Source of the DNA: Nannocystis sp.
GTDB taxonomy: Bacteria > Myxococcota_A > Polyangia > Nannocystales > Nannocystaceae
Length of the DNA stretch: 64,000 nt
Assembly (NCBI RefSeq): GCF_016717175.1
Contig: NZ_JADKFZ010000004.1
Strand: one strand, 5' to 3'
Part shown: one piece after another, positions 58,821-64,000 of the stretch
Layout of the letters: each line of letters starts with the position of its first letter
Numbering within the stretch: position 1 is the stretch's first letter
Notes under the pieces: model-generated
Seen by the model: the letters and a program-made list of their open reading frames with translations, nothing else
Told to the model about the DNA's origin: nothing
Databases searched by the model: none
Translations under genes and position numbers: made by a program

Positions 58821-60068
58821 TCAGTTGTTGAAGCAGTCGGCGCGGCACTTGTATTCGAGGGCGCACAGGGCGAGGTCGCGGCAGTCGGCCTCGACCGCCT
58901 CGGGCGTGCAGTCGTCCTGGCCGATCAGGCCCTTCACGACGCAGCTGCGCCACCTGGGCACCGCGCAGGCCTTCAGATCGACGGCGCACTGCTTGCGCAC
59001 GCACTTCCCACAGACCGGGTTCTTCGGCGCCGGGATGCAGTACTTGAGCGGCGGCGGGAGCGGGGCCACGGTGGGGAGCGGGGCCGGTGGCGGCGTGCCG
59101 GTATCGGTGTCGGTATCGGTGTCGGTATTGGTATCGGTATCGGAATCGGTGTCGGTATCGGTGTCGTTCGTCGGATCACCGGTGCTGCCGGAGGTCGTGA
59201 GATCGGCGGTGTCCTGGGCGCCGGTGCTGGCCGGCTCGACGGTGGGCTCCGCCAGCGGCGAATCGCCGGTGGGCGGCTTGCTGGCCCTGGGCCCGGCGGG
59301 GGCGCGGAGGCGGCCGTTCTCCTGCTTGCATTCGGTCAGCGCCGGGCTCTCGTCGCAGAGCTGGACGCTGGCGGCGGCGCCGGCGAGCGCGCCCGTGCCG
59401 GCGCAGGCGGTGGCGACCACGGCGACCTCGGCCGTCTTGGTGCTGACATACGCGATCGCGACGAGGGGGAAGGAGAGCAGCCATTTCTTGCCGCCGGGGC
59501 GGATCCTGATGTCGTTCGCCAGCAGGCGCCAGCGCCCGCGCAGGAGGTCGCGGAAGGCCCCGAGGTCCTCCTCCTTGACGCCGAGCACGAGGTGCAGGCC
59601 GCCGAGCGGCATCGCGGCCATGCGCGTGAGCGCCTCGACGAAGCGGGTGACCTCGGCGGGGTCGCGCTTGTTGTCGAGGAGCTGCTCGAGGCGGTAGAGG
59701 GCGATCAGCAGCGGTCGATCGGAGCGACGCTCGGCGCGTTGCAGGGCCGCCTCGAGCGCCGCGAGCGGCTTTTGGTCCGGGGGGCCGGCCTCGAGCTCGA
59801 GCTGGCGGTTGATGTGATCGACGAGCTGCTGGACGGTCGGGCCCTGCTTCTTGTCCCAGCGATCGACGATGACGGTGCGGACGTCGACCTGGTCGCGCAG
59901 GCGCGGCAGCACCTCCTCGACCACGAAGGCGTCGAGCTTGGTGGCGGTGGGGGCGTAGATCGTCGAGCAGCGGTACGCCATCAGCTGGCCGACCAGGATC
60001 GTGGCCAGCGCGGCGGGGTCGCTGCGGCGCATCGCCCGGCGATCGACGCGGAGCTCGGCCTTGCTCAT
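58821..60068 (-). CDS. Single-pass membrane protein: N-terminal ~200-aa cytoplasmic helical domain, TM, DTDTD low-complexity linker, extracytoplasmic Cys-rich (14 Cys) C-terminal domain
   Basis: ATG 60068 with GGAGGTG SD, ATGA overlap with upstream CHAT-SIR2 stop; TM FPLVAIAYVSTKTAEVAVVATACAGTGALAGAAA; C-terminus KYCIPAPKNPVCGKCVRKQCAVDLKACAVPRWRSCVVKG..CRADCFNN. Confidence 0.65.
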   Translation of the reverse strand: MSKAELRVDRRAMRRSDPAALATILVGQLMAYRCSTIYAPTATKLDAFVVEEVLPRLRDQVDVRTVIVDRWDKKQGPTVQQLVDHINRQLELEAGPPDQKPLAALEAALQRAERRSDRPLLIALYRLEQLLDNKRDPAEVTRFVEALTRMAAMPLGGLHLVLGVKEEDLGAFRDLLRGRWRLLANDIRIRPGGKKWLLSFPLVAIAYVSTKTAEVAVVATACAGTGALAGAAASVQLCDESPALTECKQENGRLRAPAGPRASKPPTGDSPLAEPTVEPASTGAQDTADLTTSGSTGDPTNDTDTDTDSDTDTNTDTDTDTDTGTPPPAPLPTVAPLPPPLKYCIPAPKNPVCGKCVRKQCAVDLKACAVPRWRSCVVKGLIGQDDCTPEAVEADCRDLALCALEYKCRADCFNN

Positions 60069-62068
60069 GGCTTCACCTCCTCGATGATCTGCGTCAGGTC
60101 GGGCAGGGCCATCGCCACGGCGCGCACGGTGCCCTGGCCGAACAGGCCGCCTGCGCCGCGGTCCCAGATGTCCTTCTCGTTGTTCTCGGGGGCGACGACG
60201 GCGACGCTGACGCGGGAGGGCGGCCGCTGGTCGAGCAGCCAGCGCAGGAGCATGCGGTGGCGCCACTCGAGCACGGAGATGCCGACGCAGAGCATCGGGT
60301 GCGCGCGCAGCCAGCCGACGAACTGACACTCCCAGTCGGGCGGGAAGATGTCGCGGAGATCGATGAGGCCCTGGATATGGTCGTCCTCGGTGAGCTGCGG
60401 GGTGGTGAGCACCGGCTGCGTCTCGGGCGAGTAGCCGCCGTAGAGGCGGAAGATCATGAAGTCGCGGTCCAGGTCGACGTCGGGCGGAGGATCGTCGTTC
60501 TCCTCCCACTCGGGCTTGCCCGCGGCGCGCGTCAGGATCAGGCGCGCCTCGCCGCTGCCGGGCGCCGCCGGCTGAATGACGTGGATCGTGCGGCCCGGGT
60601 GGAGGTCGGCGATCGTCTGCTCGAGGAAGGGCAGCCACAACAGGGTGGTATGCGCGCCGGGCCGCAGGGCCCTGGCGATCGCGCGGATGAAGGGCGGCGC
60701 CTCGAGCTCGACGGTGGTGCCGATGGTCTTCTGGAACAGGCGGCTCAGCTTCCCCTTGCCGTGGCGGAGGGAGAAGCGCTGGGCGACGGCGCTGAGGCCG
60801 AGCCGCTCGGCGTCCTTCTCCCCGTCCTTGCCGAGCTCGGCGACGAGGTCCCGCAGCAGCTCCGCGTGCCCGGGGATGGCGGCGCCGCTGCCCCCGAGCA
60901 CCAGCGAGAAGCGCTCACGCAGCAGGTTGCCGAGGGCGGGGTCGACCTCGCCGAGCGCCCCGCCGGTGAGGCCCGCGACCGGCGCGACCAGGCGGCGCTT
61001 CCTGAAGTCGAGGATCCGCGAGTCCGGGCCGCGCAGGTAGAGCACCGGCGAGAACACCTCGGCGCCGCGCTCGATGAAGGTGCGGCGGGTCGCCTGCAGG
61101 CTGGCGGCGACGTCGCCCATGCCGTCCCTGGTGCCGGTGAGCGTGCGATAGAAGACCGTGGAGATGTCGCGGGCGACCTCGGCCTTGACGGGCCACAGGT
61201 GGGCGAGCACCGCGTCGGCGCCGTCGCGGGCGAGGATCTCGGCGGCGCTGGCGAAGGCGCCGGGCCGGGCCCCGCTGCAGGCCTCGAGCACGACCAGGCG
61301 CAGCTCGGCGCCGAGGTTGGTGCGCAGCTCCTGGGCGAGGGTCTCGGCGAGCAGGAAGCCCGACTCGCCAGCGCCATCCTCGACGAGGTAGAGGCAGGGG
61401 TTTTGCCGCTCGTCGGTGCCGCCGTGGCCGATCCAGTGGATGATGTGCGGCGCGTCGCTGCGGCGCAGGCGCTCGAACAGGCGCGGGCCCGCGGCCTGGT
61501 CGCCGACGATCGGGTCGAGCCATTGCAGCGAGCCCTCGGCGATCGACTCGTGCAACGCGGCCTTGAGGCTGGTCAGCTTGTCCTCCTCGCCGAGCGGCGA
61601 GATGGCGAGCAGACGGACGGCGCGGCGGATCTCGCGGTTCTCGTAGGGCTCGGTCGAGTTGACGCCGCGGGTGACGAGCAGCTCAGGCAGGCAGCCGATG
61701 AAGTCGCGGGCGGTCTCCGGGCGACACATGACCTCCCACGGGAAGCGCTGCAGCTCGGGGTCGCGGATCATCAGGCGCAGCAGGAGCTTGCGGTCCTGCG
61801 CGCGGGCGACCTCGCCGAGGCGCACGAGGAGGTCGCGGAGCTGGTCGCGGAAGAACGCGGCATGCAGCTCGCGGGCGCCGGTGATCACGTGCTCGGGGAG
61901 CGCCGAGCTGGCGGAGACGGCCCGCCGCACGCCGCTCGCCAGGCCCGTCAGGCGCCCGAGGTTGATCGGCGCGAGGTCGAAGGCGGCGATACGCTCGCCG
62001 CGAGAGCCGCGCGCCGACACGCGGATCACCTGATTGTCGCGTTCGACGTCGATCTCTATCCACGACAT
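60065..62068 (-). CDS. CHAT (caspase-like) + SIR2-like (SIR2_2) fusion effector (third copy)
   Basis: CHAT dyad HIIHWIGHGG / LVVLEACSGARPG; SIR2_2 blocks FSLVLGGSGAAIPG, FMIFRLYGGYS, VLTTPQLTEDDHIQ, MLCVGISVLEWRHRMLL. Confidence 0.75.
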   Translation of the reverse strand: MSWIEIDVERDNQVIRVSARGSRGERIAAFDLAPINLGRLTGLASGVRRAVSASSALPEHVITGARELHAAFFRDQLRDLLVRLGEVARAQDRKLLLRLMIRDPELQRFPWEVMCRPETARDFIGCLPELLVTRGVNSTEPYENREIRRAVRLLAISPLGEEDKLTSLKAALHESIAEGSLQWLDPIVGDQAAGPRLFERLRRSDAPHIIHWIGHGGTDERQNPCLYLVEDGAGESGFLLAETLAQELRTNLGAELRLVVLEACSGARPGAFASAAEILARDGADAVLAHLWPVKAEVARDISTVFYRTLTGTRDGMGDVAASLQATRRTFIERGAEVFSPVLYLRGPDSRILDFRKRRLVAPVAGLTGGALGEVDPALGNLLRERFSLVLGGSGAAIPGHAELLRDLVAELGKDGEKDAERLGLSAVAQRFSLRHGKGKLSRLFQKTIGTTVELEAPPFIRAIARALRPGAHTTLLWLPFLEQTIADLHPGRTIHVIQPAAPGSGEARLILTRAAGKPEWEENDDPPPDVDLDRDFMIFRLYGGYSPETQPVLTTPQLTEDDHIQGLIDLRDIFPPDWECQFVGWLRAHPMLCVGISVLEWRHRMLLRWLLDQRPPSRVSVAVVAPENNEKDIWDRGAGGLFGQGTVRAVAMALPDLTQIIEEVKP

Positions 62069-62096
62069 ATGCGTGCCACCCGTCGCGTTTCGTCGC

Positions 62097-63704
62097 TCAT
62101 GGTGAAGGCCCCGGGTTCGTATCGAGCTCGATCAGATCCTCGTTGAGGCCGACCAGGCGGAACTCGATCCGGCGATTGGCGGCGCGGGCGGTGTTGCCGT
62201 CGCTGCCGTCGAGCGGCTGCTCGCCGCCGTATCCGGCCGCGCGCAGGCGGCACTCGACGATGCCCTGATCGACCAGCTCGCGGCGCACGGACATCGCCCG
62301 GCGCAGCGAGAGCGCCTTGTTGACGGCCGGGTCGCCGTCCGCGTCGGTGTGGCCCTGGATCTCGATCTTGATGTGCGGGTGCCGCCGGAGCACCTCGGCG
62401 GCCCTGGCGAGGATCGGCTTGGAGCTCTCGCTCAGACGATCGCTGAGGAAGCCGAAGGTGATACCGCGGAGGGTGCCCAGGATCGCGGCGATGTCGGGCG
62501 GGATCACGTCGGGGCAGCCGTTCTCGTCCTCGAAGCCGTTGACGGTCTCGGGGTCCTTCGGGCACCTGTCGATCAGATCGAGCAGGCCGTCGCCGTCCGA
62601 GTCGGGGGCCGGGCAGCCGTTGTACTCCGCGACCCCGACGACGTCGGGGCAGGTGTCCTTGCGGTCCTCGGGGATGTTGTATTGCCCGGCGTCGTAGAAG
62701 CCGTCGCCGTCCTCGTCGACCAGGGGGGGGCAACCGTCGCGCGCGGCCAGGCCGGACTGCTTCGGGCAGCGATCGTCGAGGTTGCGGATGCCGTCGCGGT
62801 CGTCGTCCGGGCAGCCGCGCAGGCTCCTGACGCCGTGCTCGCGGGGGCACGCGTCCTCGCTGCGGGCGCGCTGGCCTGGGTCGGGCACGCCGTCGCGGTC
62901 GGTGTCGAGGTAGGGTCGATGGAGGGTGACGACGAGGCTGGCGAGGACCTCGGTGTGAAAGGTGCGGGAGGCCTCGACGGTATGGGCGAGCCCGAGGTGG
63001 GTGCGGGCGTCGATCCTGCCGCCGATCCAGCGGGTGGCGAAGACCTTGAGGCCGCCGCCGAAGTGGAGCGAGGGGTCGATGTCACGGCCGAGCGCGCCGC
63101 CGGTGCCGAGGAGGCCGCCGCCGACCAGGACGAAGGGCACGACGCTGTAGAGCGGGAGCTGGGCGACGAGCTGTCCGCGCGCGCCGAAGATCCGGGCCGC
63201 GGCGCCGGCGTCGGTGCGCGTCGGGGCGAGCCCGGCCTCGGCCTCGACGCCGAGCAGCGCGAGCGGATAAAAGCCGGCGCGCACGGCGAGGCTCGTTGCG
63301 GCCGGGGCATAGCGGCGCCACGTGGTGTCGTACTGATAGAGCTCGTGGTCGGCGCTCGGGAGGAGGGCGCCGACGCCGACGCCGAGCTCGACGACGTTGC
63401 GCCCCGGTCGCAGCCGGGTGATCCATCGCTCCGGGGTCGCAAGTCGGGACGCGTTGTCCGTCGCCGGCAGGGGTGGGGTCGATGGCGTGGACGACCGGTC
63501 GGGCGTCGGTGTGGCGGCAGATGGTTCGGCGGTCGCAGGCGGGGCCGCGAGGGTCGCCATGGGCGTGACCATGACCAAGAGCCCCACGATCCACCGGATG
63601 CCGCCCCATCGGGCGTAGGCCTCATCGCGGCCGCCGGCGATCACGGGGGCCTGTCGGTCCGCGTCGCGGCGCAGCAGTCGAAGGTCGGTGTCATCTGCGC
63701 TCAT
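62097..63704 (-). CDS. OmpA-family outer-membrane protein: signal peptide, beta-barrel-like N-domain, TSP3 repeats, OmpA C-terminal domain
   Basis: ATG 63704 (MSADDTDLRLL); signal IRWIVGLLVMVTPMATLAAP; DRDGVPD / DDDRDGIRN / DSDGDGLLD repeats; NRRIEFRLV. Confidence 0.75.
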   Translation of the reverse strand: MSADDTDLRLLRRDADRQAPVIAGGRDEAYARWGGIRWIVGLLVMVTPMATLAAPPATAEPSAATPTPDRSSTPSTPPLPATDNASRLATPERWITRLRPGRNVVELGVGVGALLPSADHELYQYDTTWRRYAPAATSLAVRAGFYPLALLGVEAEAGLAPTRTDAGAAARIFGARGQLVAQLPLYSVVPFVLVGGGLLGTGGALGRDIDPSLHFGGGLKVFATRWIGGRIDARTHLGLAHTVEASRTFHTEVLASLVVTLHRPYLDTDRDGVPDPGQRARSEDACPREHGVRSLRGCPDDDRDGIRNLDDRCPKQSGLAARDGCPPLVDEDGDGFYDAGQYNIPEDRKDTCPDVVGVAEYNGCPAPDSDGDGLLDLIDRCPKDPETVNGFEDENGCPDVIPPDIAAILGTLRGITFGFLSDRLSESSKPILARAAEVLRRHPHIKIEIQGHTDADGDPAVNKALSLRRAMSVRRELVDQGIVECRLRAAGYGGEQPLDGSDGNTARAANRRIEFRLVGLNEDLIELDTNPGPSP

Positions 63705-64000
63705 GAAGGGTCGCCGCTCTCGTGCTTGACGCCCGCCCGCGTGGTCTGTGAACGGCGGCGCGCCGCCGCTCGCCGCCGGTGACGGCGGGACGGTTGCAAA
63801 CCGTCGTGAACCGTTCGCAGCGGCCCCTGGCGGCCCGCAGCGGCCCGCAGCGGCCCGCCCCGCCGTGGCAGGCAGCTTGCAAATCCGGCCCATCGTGACA
63901 CTCCACGCGTGCTCTCCCGCTGTCGTGACCGCCGAACAGTTCTGGGGTCTGTGGCTGCGCGACCGCGACTATTTCCTGCGCAGCTGTCTGCGCTGGCTGC

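Overview
The window is high-GC (~70%), and a MYXO-CTERM sorting tag, Myxococcus-type cysteine-rich repeats, TSP3/OmpA lipoproteins and a Hanks-type kinase point to a myxobacterial chromosome. Most long ORFs in the six-frame track are shadow ORFs produced by GC bias. About 40 genes can be supported from sequence alone.

The ends of the window (165-16660 and 52435-56862) look like ordinary chromosome. They carry housekeeping or envelope genes: an O-methyltransferase, a cNMP-binding patatin-like phospholipase coupled to a GAF membrane sensor, cdsA, a CDP-alcohol phosphatidyltransferase, an orphan prfH, CHRD and OmpA lipoproteins, and an S8 peptidase.

The centre (about 19.3-47.4 kb) and 56.8-63.7 kb carry a dense accessory cluster of NTP- and NAD-centred conflict-system modules. 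None of these corresponds, as a whole, to a named defence system.

- 25122-27203 (-): a TIR + caspase-like + SIR2-like triple-effector gene. It is translationally coupled through a GTGA overlap to a 1.5-kaa nSTAND NTPase (20605-25125).
- 29476-35342 (+): a paralogous CHAT(caspase)-SIR2 gene, TTGA-coupled to an nSTAND NTPase with a C-terminal beta-propeller.
- 19312-20589 (+): a SLOG-SLATT (2TM) protein. It sits tail-to-tail, 15 bp from the first NTPase. This suggests a Thoeris-like logic in which a TIR product is sensed by SLOG and acts through a membrane effector.
- 60065-62068 (-): a third CHAT-SIR2 gene in an operon with a single-pass TM protein carrying an extracytoplasmic Cys-rich domain and a clan-CD-like peptidase-HTH protein (56831-58808). 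The peptidase-HTH has a paralogue at 38918-40810.
- 35763-43009 (+): an orphan N6-adenine methyltransferase, two paralogous metallophosphoesterases, and a 274-aa beta-rich protein with an acidic tail (40818-41642) that is a candidate pore-forming or gasdermin-like effector.
- 35299-35577: a truncated MBL-fold gene remnant that marks an insertion or deletion scar at the 3' edge of the second nSTAND gene.
- 43049-52337 (+): a kinase fused to FG-GAP repeats and a 1.6-kaa LamG/beta-gamma-crystallin protein, which end one long co-directional gene array (28807-52337).

Other features of note:

- Eight gene pairs have 4-nt start/stop overlaps.
- There are several in-gene frameshifts: 52140-52175, 56690-56720, 57110-57330 and 10540-10585.
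- Two tandem-repeat arrays lie in the 28386-28806 divergent promoter region.
- The 3' tail of prfH is duplicated.

No rRNA, tRNA, CRISPR array or transposase was recognised.
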